A DNA stretch of 64,000 nt from Candidatus Woesearchaeota archaeon. Lineage in GTDB: Archaea; Nanobdellota; Nanobdellia; Woesearchaeales; UBA9642. The notes beneath the pieces were generated by a model. It worked only from the letters and a program-made list of their open reading frames with translations, had not been told where the DNA came from and searched no databases. Location: the NCBI GenBank assembly GCA_026002815.1, contig BPGB01000001.1, positions 54,490 through 118,489 of the forward strand. Direction: 5' to 3'. Shown here piece by piece: positions 35,825-45,452 of the stretch; within the stretch, counting starts at the first letter, position 1, and the number at the start of each line of letters is the position of its first letter. The position numbers and the translations under genes were made by a program.

Positions 35825-36190
35825 TTGCAAGATTCAAAGAACAGGCTGGTAGATTATAGGGACGAACATATGAATAGTGCTACAAGATCCTTAATCCATT
35901 CCATAAATGTATTGGAAGAAAGCAAAAAAAAGTACCAATCCATCAAAGGAAAAAACGTATTTGATGAAATTACAGATAAAGAAATAGAAACTCTTGATAA
36001 AAAGATAGCGGAAACACAGATACAAATTGATAAATTAAAAAAACCTTTCGAGCAAAAGTACAATCCAGTGATAGAAAAAATAGATGAGCTTAATGAATTC
36101 CTCGGAAGTGCGATGGAAAAGATTCATAATAGAAAAATGACAAGAGAAGAATACAAGAGACTACAACATGAATTAAGGTTGTATAGATAA
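35825..36190 (+). CDS. Hypothetical coiled-coil protein (121 aa from TTG, 106 aa from ATG 35870)
   Basis: ORF only. Confidence 0.4.
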   Translation: MQDSKNRLVDYRDEHMNSATRSLIHSINVLEESKKKYQSIKGKNVFDEITDKEIETLDKKIAETQIQIDKLKKPFEQKYNPVIEKIDELNEFLGSAMEKIHNRKMTREEYKRLQHELRLYR

Positions 36191-36274
36191 ATTTTTTCTT
36201 TTTTCTTCTTCCTGTTTATATATAATGAATTGATAACTGTACTATATCTGTAGACATTGCATTGAATTGTCGGC

Positions 36275-36679
36275 CTATTTTTCCGCGTTTTCCCATAATA
36301 TATTGAATAGTGTTCTTTGAGATTTTGATACTTCTTCGTTTTCTATCAATATTCCTAGTGGTTCTTTTTTAAGTAATGTTATGATTGCAACTTTGTTTCC
36401 ATATATGTATGTTGCAGTACTTATTGTCTGTAGTTGCTTTATGAATCGTGTTTCCCTAAAGCTCTTTTTGTCTTCTTTTTGCATATTCCTGCTATTTTGA
36501 GATGGTTCGGTTAGTAGTTGAAAAAATATTTTTTCTTCTATTCGTTTTTTAATATAGGATGGTACGTAATGCTCTAATAATTCAATCATGAGATGTGTAT
36601 TTCCGTATCCTTTTATGTCTTGTTTTGTTTTAAGTATGTCTTCAAATATTGTTTTTATTCCTGTTATTCCCTCATACAA
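36275..36679 (-). CDS. TrmB-like regulator C-terminal domain without the N-terminal wHTH (possible gene remnant)
   Basis: YEGITGIKTIFEDILK matches the post-HTH region of TrmB-type regulators. The frame is closed by a stop just upstream, where asnS ends. Confidence 0.4.
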   Translation of the reverse strand: MYEGITGIKTIFEDILKTKQDIKGYGNTHLMIELLEHYVPSYIKKRIEEKIFFQLLTEPSQNSRNMQKEDKKSFRETRFIKQLQTISTATYIYGNKVAIITLLKKEPLGILIENEEVSKSQRTLFNILWENAEK

Positions 36680-36773
36680 TTCAATCGTGAGTTTTTCTCC
36701 TACGGTTTGTTTTATTATTTCTAGCTGGGGTACTATTTTCTTTAGGATTTCTGTTTTTTCTTGTTATTCTAAT

Positions 36774-38066
36774 TTATGGCGTAGTCCTTAACATTGTTCT
36801 AGGGAATGGAATTGCGTCTTTAATGTTCTCTAAGTGGCATATGAATGATATTAATCTTTCTACACCCATTCCGAATCCTCCGTGAGGGACTGAACCATAT
36901 CTTCTTGTGTCTAAGTAGAATGTGTATTTTTCTGGGTCTTCCCCTTGGTCCAGAAGTCTTGTCCTTATTTTCTCAAGATCTGATTCTCTTTCTGATCCGC
37001 CAATAATCTCTCCGTAACATTCTGGTGCTATAAAATCGCATCCATGAACTACTTTAGGATCAGTATCATCTTCTTTCATATAGAATGCTTTAACTTCTTT
37101 AGGATAATTTGTCACAATTAGGAATTGGTTGTGTAGTTTTGATAATTCGTCTTCTTCTATTGTTCTTAGATCTTTACCCCATTCTATATCAATGTTGCAT
37201 TTTTCTTTTAATTCTTTCAATGCATCAGTGTATGTCATTCTTATGAATGGTTCATCCCTTACTTTCTCAAGTATTTTAGTGTCTCTGTTTAATATTTTTA
37301 GTTCTTCTTGGTTTTTTTCGAGAACTCTTTTTATTACGTGTTTTATTAGTTCTTCTCCATAATCTTGTATGTCTTTGAATGTTGCCCATGCTACTTCCAT
37401 TTCTGCATGCCAATATTCTGTCAAGTGTCTTGATGTTTTTGATTTTTCTGCTCTGAAACTTGGTGCAATAGTATATATTTTTTCTAGAGCGAATATTGCC
37501 GGTTCAGCATATAATTGCCATGTTTGTGCTAAATATACTGGTTTTCCGAAGTAATTGACTGAAAAAAGTGTTGAGCCGCCTTCTGCTTGTGTTGCTTGGA
37601 ATATTGGGCTCTGAAATTCATAGAATCCTTTAGACCTGAAATATTCATGTATTGCTCCAAACACTGTGCTTCTTATTTTAAGTATTGATGTCATATATCT
37701 GCTTCTTAGCCATAGGTGTTTTAAGTCAGCAAGTAATTCTGTTGATTGATCTTTTTGTATTGGCCATCCGATACTTTCTCCAATCAGTTTTATCTCTTTG
37801 ACTTTAACTTCGTATCCTGTAGGAGCTCTTTTATCCTCAACAATCTCTCCTGATAATTCAAACGATGCTTCAACATCTATTTTTTGTGCATCATCCCACG
37901 ATTCTTCTGAGACTTTATCTTTTTCAACAACGCATTGTATTATATCAGTTGCATCCCTCAATATTATGAATCTTAATGCATTGCTTCCTCTAGCTCTATA
38001 ACACCATCCGCGAAGTTTTACTTCGCCACTTCCCTTTTTTATGGCTTCTTTTACTGATATAAACAT
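36774..38066 (-). CDS. asnS: Class IIb aminoacyl-tRNA synthetase, most likely asparaginyl-tRNA synthetase
   Basis: FRAEKSKTSRHLTEYWHAEMEVAW and GGFGMGVERLISFICHLENIKDAIPFPR. AspRS is not fully excluded. Confidence 0.8.
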   Translation of the reverse strand: MFISVKEAIKKGSGEVKLRGWCYRARGSNALRFIILRDATDIIQCVVEKDKVSEESWDDAQKIDVEASFELSGEIVEDKRAPTGYEVKVKEIKLIGESIGWPIQKDQSTELLADLKHLWLRSRYMTSILKIRSTVFGAIHEYFRSKGFYEFQSPIFQATQAEGGSTLFSVNYFGKPVYLAQTWQLYAEPAIFALEKIYTIAPSFRAEKSKTSRHLTEYWHAEMEVAWATFKDIQDYGEELIKHVIKRVLEKNQEELKILNRDTKILEKVRDEPFIRMTYTDALKELKEKCNIDIEWGKDLRTIEEDELSKLHNQFLIVTNYPKEVKAFYMKEDDTDPKVVHGCDFIAPECYGEIIGGSERESDLEKIRTRLLDQGEDPEKYTFYLDTRRYGSVPHGGFGMGVERLISFICHLENIKDAIPFPRTMLRTTP

Positions 38067-38188
38067 TTGATACTCTTGTAACTTGCAATTTAAAAGATAT
38101 TAAAAATTTAAATGATATTAACCGGTGAATCTTTGTATTTATATATTTGATGAAATTAGCGTAATGCTCGTTTAATGCTTTGTTTTAT

Positions 38189-38737
38189 TCACTTTTTTAA
38201 AAAATCTTTGTATATCTCTGTTGTTTCTTCTTTTTGCCATGTAGATGCTGGTCTAATTCTTGAAGTGAATTTGTATTTTATTACTATTTTTTCATCGAGT
38301 ACATCGAAATCATAGTCTATCTTATACTCTTTCTTGAAAAAACTTATTATGTCCCCTATCAATATAGGAATTATTTCTTTTGTTTCTAAGTCTATTAGGT
38401 CAAGTCTTTGTTTCATTACATCATGATGGCCGTATTCTGTCATTAAGCGATAGGATCTAACTACTGCATATTTATCTTTTATCAACACTTTATCTATTTC
38501 GTATGTTTCTGATTTTATCCAATAGTATTTGTCGTATGGTTTTTCTTCTATAGGATCGAATGCAGTGTATTCTGTCGGTAGTTTTAAGCTTCTTCCTAAG
38601 TGCATATATTCATCTAAGTATTTACTCATATAATCTGATAATTCATAGGCTAACTCCGTTTGTTGTTTTTTTTCGTCTTCTATTTCTTTAATTATTTTAT
38701 ATAAATCTTCTAGTTTTGTTTTTGTCATTTTTATCAC
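38189..38737 (-). CDS. Hypothetical protein, 182 aa
   Basis: ORF only. Confidence 0.45.
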   Translation of the reverse strand: MIKMTKTKLEDLYKIIKEIEDEKKQQTELAYELSDYMSKYLDEYMHLGRSLKLPTEYTAFDPIEEKPYDKYYWIKSETYEIDKVLIKDKYAVVRSYRLMTEYGHHDVMKQRLDLIDLETKEIIPILIGDIISFFKKEYKIDYDFDVLDEKIVIKYKFTSRIRPASTWQKEETTEIYKDFLKK

Positions 38738-38877
38738 CTTTTATTAAAATTATTGTTACTTATTAGTTATTACAATACTATTATATCTTTTATTTTTTTA
38801 TATTTATTTCTTAAAAATTGGTAAAAAATAATATAAATTAGTAAAATTTATATAATAAATGGAACAATTGTTCCATT

Positions 38878-39333
38878 ATGATGCAAGAAATTGATGAAAA
38901 AGATATGCTAATACTTGAAGTTTTGAAAGATCATGCAGATTTTACAACGAGACAGATAGCTAAAAAAACACTTCTTCCAATAACAACCGTTCATAACAGA
39001 ATTAGAAAGTTAAGAAAAAACGGTATAATAAAGAAATACACTATCGAATTAGATAACGAAAAAATCGGTAAAAATTTTATGGCATACGTGCTTATCTCAG
39101 TTAATCTTTTATTATTGAAACAGAAGCATAAGACACAACACGATTTAGTTAATGAATTGAAAAAGTTTTATTTTGTTGAAAGAGCAGATATAGTTACTGG
39201 CGGTACTGATATTGTTGTTGTTATACGTGTAAAAGATGTTAAGGAGTTTGATAACTGCTTGCTAAATAAGCTACAATTGGTCGAAGGCATAGATAGAACA
39301 CAAACATTTATGGTAATATATAGTAGGGCCTAA
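38878..39333 (+). CDS. Lrp/AsnC-family transcriptional regulator
   Basis: DMLILEVLKDHADFTTRQIAKKTLLPITTVHNRIRKLRKNGII plus a RAM-like C-terminal half. Confidence 0.85.
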   Translation: MMQEIDEKDMLILEVLKDHADFTTRQIAKKTLLPITTVHNRIRKLRKNGIIKKYTIELDNEKIGKNFMAYVLISVNLLLLKQKHKTQHDLVNELKKFYFVERADIVTGGTDIVVVIRVKDVKEFDNCLLNKLQLVEGIDRTQTFMVIYSRA

Positions 39334-39366
39334 ATATAATAAAAAAATTGAAAATAATTTATTATT

Positions 39367-39606
39367 TTATTTTTTCTTTTTGTTGACACTTTTTTTTGTT
39401 GAAGTTGAACTCTTCTCGGATTTATTCATTTTACAAGTATTCCATCCAAACAAGGAGTATAAACCACACCATCCTAATAATCCCGTTATTAATGCTATTG
39501 CTGCAATAATAAACCACCATGGACTATAAAGAAATCCTAGTATTATAAATATTATTGCTATAATAAACCTTATCAACCTATCTATCATTCCAACATTTTC
39601 TTTCAT
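39367..39606 (-). CDS. Small membrane protein, DUF2892/YgaP-like
   Basis: IDRLIRFIIA...GLLGWCGLYSLFGWNTC pattern. Confidence 0.6.
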   Translation of the reverse strand: MKENVGMIDRLIRFIIAIIFIILGFLYSPWWFIIAAIALITGLLGWCGLYSLFGWNTCKMNKSEKSSTSTKKSVNKKKK

Positions 39607-39701
39607 GAGGCATCACCAATCATTTTTAAGTAGTTAAAATTTATAAATTTGTCTGTTTTTTATTTAATTATCTTTTTAAAGTATGTTTTTTTCTTTCTAT
39701 T

Positions 39702-40832
39702 ATGTCATTTAAAATACTAAAGAAAGATAAAAAAAGCAAAGCCAGAATAGGAAAGCTTATTACAAAACATGGCACTGTAGAGACGCCATATTTTATGGCC
39801 GTAGCTACCAAAGCTACTGGTAAGATTATTGGTCCTGATGATTACGCTGTTATTGCAGATGGTTTAATATGTAATGCTTTGGTTCTGTCATTAAGGCCAG
39901 GTGTAGATGTTATACAAAAGTTTGGTACAATTCATGATTTTATGAATTTTCAAAAGCCGATATTTACTGATTGTGGCGGTTTTCAAATGTTAAGAGATAG
40001 TTTTATGAACGGAACATCTAGTCAGGGTATAAATTTCAAAAACCCTTTCACTGGAGAAAAATTCGTGATTACTCCTAAAAAAATTATGGAGATAGAAATG
40101 AATATTGGTGCTGATGCAGTTATGATGCTTGATGATGTTGCTCCTTATGGCGCTTCTCGAAAGAAAGTTGAGGATAGTCTTGAGAATACTCATCGATGGG
40201 GTAAAGAATGTAAAAAATATCACACAAAGAAAGGCCAGATGTTATATGGTATTGTACAAGGAGGGTTCTTTCCTGATTTAAGGAAAAAGTCTGCAGATTA
40301 TATTAATTCATTGGACTTTGACGGTATAGCAATTGGAGGAGTTGCTATAGGTGAGACAAGAGAAGAAATGTATATTGCAGTAAATTCAGCAATACATCAT
40401 CTTGATGAGAATAAGCCTAAGCATATACTTGGTGTTGGAAGTCCTGATGATGTTGTTGAACTAGTATCTTTAGGTGCGGACACTTTTGATTCTGTTTATC
40501 CTACTCAAACAGCAAGGCATGGAACATTATTTACCTTTAACGGAAAGATAGATATTCTTAAGTCTAAATATTCAAATGATGATTCTCCTATTGAGGTAGG
40601 ATGTAAATGTTTAGCTTGTAAAAATTTTTCTAAAGGATATCTTCGTCATTTATTGAGAATAAATGAGCCCATTGGTAAAAGATATTGTTCTATTCATAAT
40701 GTTTATTTCATGAATGAATTGATGAGAAGATTAAGAAAGAGTATACGGGATGGTACTTTTGAAAATTTTAAAGAATTAATAATAAGTAAATATAGAAATA
40801 ATAAGAATGTTGGCATTAGGGTGAAGCAATAA
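39702..40832 (+). CDS. tgt: tRNA-guanine transglycosylase, short bacterial-type (376 aa, no PUA extension)
   Basis: ARIGKLITKHGTVETPYFM, TDCGGFQM, GIVQGG, GIAIGGVAIGE, LGVGSPDD and zinc site CKCLACKNFSKGYLRHLL. Confidence 0.88.
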   Translation: MSFKILKKDKKSKARIGKLITKHGTVETPYFMAVATKATGKIIGPDDYAVIADGLICNALVLSLRPGVDVIQKFGTIHDFMNFQKPIFTDCGGFQMLRDSFMNGTSSQGINFKNPFTGEKFVITPKKIMEIEMNIGADAVMMLDDVAPYGASRKKVEDSLENTHRWGKECKKYHTKKGQMLYGIVQGGFFPDLRKKSADYINSLDFDGIAIGGVAIGETREEMYIAVNSAIHHLDENKPKHILGVGSPDDVVELVSLGADTFDSVYPTQTARHGTLFTFNGKIDILKSKYSNDDSPIEVGCKCLACKNFSKGYLRHLLRINEPIGKRYCSIHNVYFMNELMRRLRKSIRDGTFENFKELIISKYRNNKNVGIRVKQ

Positions 40833-40954
40833 TTCTTGTGTTTATTCATTGTTTTTTTTGTTTAAGAATAGTTAATTTCAAAATTATTATTATTTTATTA
40901 TTTAAAAGTAGTTACAATAATAAAATTTTTAAATAGTATTTATTATCTTATAAT

Positions 40955-41644
40955 ATGACTGACATATATTCAATACCTAAAATGGATTTATCTTTAATTG
41001 TAAATTCAGAATTAAAAAATATAATAAAAACCAGAATGCATAGTAAAACTTCAAATATTATAAAACTAGGGCATTACATAAAAATAGCTGATAATGAATT
41101 GCTTTTAGGAAATACAAAAATATATGCTAATCCAAGCGGGTTTTTTGAAATAGATTTTAATCCTTTTGCAGAATTAATCGATGAGAGAAGGGTCATAGAA
41201 TACTACTTAGATGAAAAAAAGAAGGATAGATTATATTTGAATGATATTGCAGATTTAATAATAAAAAAATCAAAAGACAATAAGCTTTTATCTTATAGAT
41301 TCATCTCTAATATAAAGGAAGATGAAAGAAATTCAGAATTGCATAATTACACTATTTTAAGACCGGAAGGAATGATAAAAAATCATAGAGGGAAATTTGA
41401 TGTTCTAGCAACTATCCAAACTGCTCAATACTTAAAAGAAAACTTCAGTCATGTGGAAAATGATTTTTGTGTAAAATATGTTTCTATTGATCCTGAGTGG
41501 AAGAATCAGTTGAGAGAGATGAAATTAAATGCTGGTTTTTCTTGGTATTCTTTGGCAAAAAGCATTAGTTTACCAATAGATGAGTGCTTATATTATTATC
41601 ATTTTAAAATAGAAAGATATGCTAAAGAAAAAGGATTCTTATAA
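40955..41644 (+). CDS. Hypothetical protein, 229 aa
   Basis: ORF only. Confidence 0.45.
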   Translation: MTDIYSIPKMDLSLIVNSELKNIIKTRMHSKTSNIIKLGHYIKIADNELLLGNTKIYANPSGFFEIDFNPFAELIDERRVIEYYLDEKKKDRLYLNDIADLIIKKSKDNKLLSYRFISNIKEDERNSELHNYTILRPEGMIKNHRGKFDVLATIQTAQYLKENFSHVENDFCVKYVSIDPEWKNQLREMKLNAGFSWYSLAKSISLPIDECLYYYHFKIERYAKEKGFL

Positions 41645-41870
41645 TATGTGATATATTTTTATAATATATTTGATATATTAAATGTATCTTAGGTAATATT
41701 TATCGTATTTTTATTATTTATTTTTTTATATTTTTAATATTTTTTATATTTAATTTACTTTTATTTATTTTATCATCATTTATCATTATTTATTATTAGA
41801 TGTTATTTGTTTTTTTATCATTAGATGTTGTTTAGTTATTAATGTTGTTTGTTTATTATTTTTTTTATTG

Positions 41871-42587
41871 CTATTTTATCTTTTTAAGGAAGCCTATTAA
41901 CGCGTATGCTTCTCTTTTACTAAGCATTGCTTTTCCTAATATTTTTTTCCATAAAATTCTTTGAGTGTTTCTTTTTTCTTCTGTTGCAAAGTACATATTT
42001 TTTAATTTTTCATCTATTATCTTTAATATTTGTTCTTTTTCAGCGTTAGAAATTGGTGTGATATGACTTATTATATTTTCTGATTTTTGTTTTTTAAATA
42101 TTTCATACAATATTATTGTGGTTGCATGGCTCACATTCATAGTTCCATATTTTTTTGAGGTAGGTATGGTTACTGTAAAGTCTGTTACTGATATTTCTTC
42201 ATTTTTTAGGCCTATTCCTTCTCTTCCTATTAATAATCCTATTTTTGTTTTGTTATTTTTTTTATTATTATTTATTTCTATGATTTTTTCTGCTAATTCT
42301 TCTGGCGTTATCGGACTCCTTAATATGTTATAATCTCTTCCTATTTTTGCCGTTGTTGCTATTAGATAATCAAATTCTTTTCTTAGTTTATTCATATCAT
42401 AAGGATATACTCGTATATTGTTTATAAGGTTCTTGGCCCATTTTGCTCTATCAAGGAGTTCTTCAGAGTTTGTATCAAATGAAGGATTTACTATTATTAT
42501 ATCTGTGAAATCGAAATTTTTCATACTTCTAAGTATTGCTCCTGTATTTCCGGGATTTTCAGGTTCTATAAGAATTATTGTTATCAT
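41871..42587 (-). CDS. SpoU/TrmH-family RNA 2'-O-methyltransferase (TrmJ-like)
   Basis: ILIEPENPGNTGAILRSMKNF, LLIGREGIGL and MNVSHATTIILYE motifs. Confidence 0.8.
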   Translation of the reverse strand: MITIILIEPENPGNTGAILRSMKNFDFTDIIIVNPSFDTNSEELLDRAKWAKNLINNIRVYPYDMNKLRKEFDYLIATTAKIGRDYNILRSPITPEELAEKIIEINNNKKNNKTKIGLLIGREGIGLKNEEISVTDFTVTIPTSKKYGTMNVSHATTIILYEIFKKQKSENIISHITPISNAEKEQILKIIDEKLKNMYFATEEKRNTQRILWKKILGKAMLSKREAYALIGFLKKIK

Positions 42588-42748
42588 ATTCGTGTATTCC
42601 TTTTTAATTATATTTTTAATTGTATTTTAATTATTTGGGTGCATATCTTTATATTAATAAATTTTAGTAAAATTTATAATAGATTAATTATTACTTAATA
42701 GTAGTTGCTTAAATGATTTAATTGATTAACTGCTTTAAAGGAGGATTT

Positions 42749-43969
42749 ATGGAAGAATTAAGAGAAGATTTTTCAAGTTATAAGATGCAGGCAGCATATG
42801 ATTTTATAAAGTCTGTATTATTGAAAGAATATCCTTCAAACGAAGTTATTTCTATGCTGTTTAATGGTCAGGAAAAAAACATAATTAAATCTGTTGAATG
42901 GTTCTGGAATAATCCTGATCTCGTTTTGGGAAGAAGATTAAGAACAAAAAAATATGATCCTAAGGAGATATTCATGGCAAGATATGAAATTGAAAACAAT
43001 CCATTGATAATAGATCTTGATTTTTATGTGCATACACAGCAGGATCCGCCAAGAAATCTTATGGAGAAAGTATACGGAGAGTTTGCAGATGATGTTATAT
43101 CTGTATATAGATATTACAATGAGGCAGGTCTTGAAAGAGAAAGCGGAATACCTGCTTCAACACATCCGCATAATTTAGCGATGACCGGCTATTCTATGAA
43201 TTTTAGCACAATAGGTGTTGCAGCATTAGCATATCATGATGTTCCTGAGGACTTATATAATTTCTTGGTTAATAAATATAATTTACCTTCCGGTATAGAA
43301 GGATATGATAATTTTATGGAAGTTATGATTCCTGAAAAGATACGCATGCATGTAAATTCAATAACTAACAAATATGATACTATAATAGAAACCATAGGTT
43401 ACTCACTAAAAAATTTAAAAAACAATGGTAAAGAATTAAAATTCAATAAAGAAAACGTATTAGAAGCAATAATTCCATTACTTGAAAAAGATAACGGTTC
43501 TATGGGTATTTATTTAATGAGGACATATTCAATTGCAAATGCACTCACAGATAGTTCTGATTTTAGGGATAAGTTGAAGTGGGCATGTTATAGGGATTAT
43601 ATAGAAGATATTGCTGATAATTGCAAAGCTAACAATAATTTTTTAGCATTTGATATGAAAGGTATAGACTTATTCTTCAATGGAATAGGAAGAGAATCTG
43701 TTAAAAGAGAGAGTAAAATAAAAAATGCATTAAAACAAATGACTTGGGTAAATAAAGGCTATCAAATACAAACCAACTATATGCCATTAAACAATCACAT
43801 AATGGAGATTGCTGAAAATGCTCTTTCTTTTGCTAAAGATTTCGTTGCAAGAGATTTAATAAAATCAATATATAAAACGTCTTTCTTATATAGGGCGTAT
43901 AAGAATATGAAACAATTGACACCAATATTTTTTGAAGATGTTGATACGGATTACAAATTAACAGAGTAA
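42749..43969 (+). CDS. SpoT/RelA-type HD-domain protein (paralogue 1)
   Basis: SGIPASTHPHNLAMTG...GVAALAYHDVPEDL follows the H...HD..ED pattern. ATG 42749 is preceded by AAAGGAGGA. Confidence 0.6.
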   Translation: MEELREDFSSYKMQAAYDFIKSVLLKEYPSNEVISMLFNGQEKNIIKSVEWFWNNPDLVLGRRLRTKKYDPKEIFMARYEIENNPLIIDLDFYVHTQQDPPRNLMEKVYGEFADDVISVYRYYNEAGLERESGIPASTHPHNLAMTGYSMNFSTIGVAALAYHDVPEDLYNFLVNKYNLPSGIEGYDNFMEVMIPEKIRMHVNSITNKYDTIIETIGYSLKNLKNNGKELKFNKENVLEAIIPLLEKDNGSMGIYLMRTYSIANALTDSSDFRDKLKWACYRDYIEDIADNCKANNNFLAFDMKGIDLFFNGIGRESVKRESKIKNALKQMTWVNKGYQIQTNYMPLNNHIMEIAENALSFAKDFVARDLIKSIYKTSFLYRAYKNMKQLTPIFFEDVDTDYKLTE

Positions 43970-44154
43970 AAAGTAATAGATATTAAAATAATTAATTAAA
44001 GAATAGAATATGAAATAACCTAAGATGAAATAAAAAATTACAAAAAAAGTAATAAAATCAATCTATATTAGATAATCTGTATTATACTTTCTTAAAAGTT
44101 ATAAAAAATTATAATTTCTATAAATATTTAAATATGTAAGTATTTCCTTAATTT

Positions 44155-45363
44155 ATGAGGTATACAGATGAAATTTCTACACTAAAAAAGAGTCCTCGAT
44201 ATAAGTATGCAAAAACAGTGTTTGATTCATTATTAAAAGGCAAAATGCCTGAAGATGCTATTTTAAAAAAATTATATAAAAATTCTTACAAAAAAATTAT
44301 AGAATTATCAACTAGTTTTTTATCTGAAGAGCACGGAACACTAAGAACTCATGACTTTGAGGCTCCAACATTAATAAGCGATGCAAGAATTGCTGTCGCA
44401 AAAAATAAATACTATCAAGAAATACATAACACTTTGTTAAATTTTAAAATTCCAGATATATCGTTATTAAAGAAATTTTTTGGAAAATATTCTGAATCTG
44501 TTCAATTATCTTACAAACTTTTCATTCAACAAAAAAAATTAAGAAAATCTGGAATAAGCATGACCTGTCATCATAACAGGGTTGCTTTTACAGTTTATGA
44601 ATTAAATAAAAAGCATCCTCTAATAGAATGGTATGCTTCAATAGCTGCACTTCATGATTTTATAGAGGATTTAATGTATAACCTAAAAGACGAGGATGGG
44701 AATAGATATACTATAGAAAATTATCAAGAGTTTCTTGACAAATTAATCTCTAAAGATTTGCAGGAGCCAGTTAAACTACTTACAAACCATTACGATATGA
44801 TATTGAAATATGTTGATTATCATCTTGAAAGGCGTGGTAAAAGATTCAATAAAGAAAACGTATTAGAATTTTTAAAACTTTTAGATTATCAAGCATATAA
44901 TGAACTGAGAGATTTTATAATAAAGATAGTAAAAATTATAGAGTCCACTCCTTATGAAGAAGTTTCTAGCAAGGATTATCTTGAATATATAAAATGGAAA
45001 TGTTATACTGAATTGTATATACCTGAGATTGTAAACACTAGTTATAATTCAAATATGGATAATTCTCATTTAATATTGTTGATAAAAATAGTAGACCTAT
45101 CAGATAATAATCATGGTCTGGATAGTATGGATCAAGAGAGCAAGATAAAAAACATCAGAAAATCAGTAATTACCTCTGATCTAATAGCTAAGTTGGATAA
45201 AGACAAACTTCTTGAAAATTATATTAGGGAAATTAGAGAGGATGCTCTTGTAAAAGCTGAACATTTAGTAATAAAAGATTTCATGCATATAGAATCATGC
45301 CAGGATTTTTTTGTTGACGGCCTCTTAAAAGTACGGAAAATGAAAGATGTCTTTTTTTTATAG
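44155..45363 (+). CDS. SpoT/RelA-type HD-domain protein (paralogue 2)
   Basis: KSGISMTCHHNRVAFTV...IAALHDFIEDL. It shares FNKENVLE, KW.CY and ESKIKN blocks with the upstream gene. Confidence 0.6.
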   Translation: MRYTDEISTLKKSPRYKYAKTVFDSLLKGKMPEDAILKKLYKNSYKKIIELSTSFLSEEHGTLRTHDFEAPTLISDARIAVAKNKYYQEIHNTLLNFKIPDISLLKKFFGKYSESVQLSYKLFIQQKKLRKSGISMTCHHNRVAFTVYELNKKHPLIEWYASIAALHDFIEDLMYNLKDEDGNRYTIENYQEFLDKLISKDLQEPVKLLTNHYDMILKYVDYHLERRGKRFNKENVLEFLKLLDYQAYNELRDFIIKIVKIIESTPYEEVSSKDYLEYIKWKCYTELYIPEIVNTSYNSNMDNSHLILLIKIVDLSDNNHGLDSMDQESKIKNIRKSVITSDLIAKLDKDKLLENYIREIREDALVKAEHLVIKDFMHIESCQDFFVDGLLKVRKMKDVFFL

Positions 45364-45452
45364 AAACTCTTTTATATTGATTTTTTTATTTTGTTCTTCA
45401 TTATTTTATTTGATTATTCATTATTGTTTATATCAAATTTTATATTAAGCTT

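Noticed and set aside
41641-41870. T/G-rich reiterated words (ATTAGATGTT, TGTTTGTT) in convergent or terminator regions, also present at 53014-53320
   Set aside because: They look like ordinary T-rich archaeal termination or spacer sequence. The periodicity is imperfect and there is no pairing potential.
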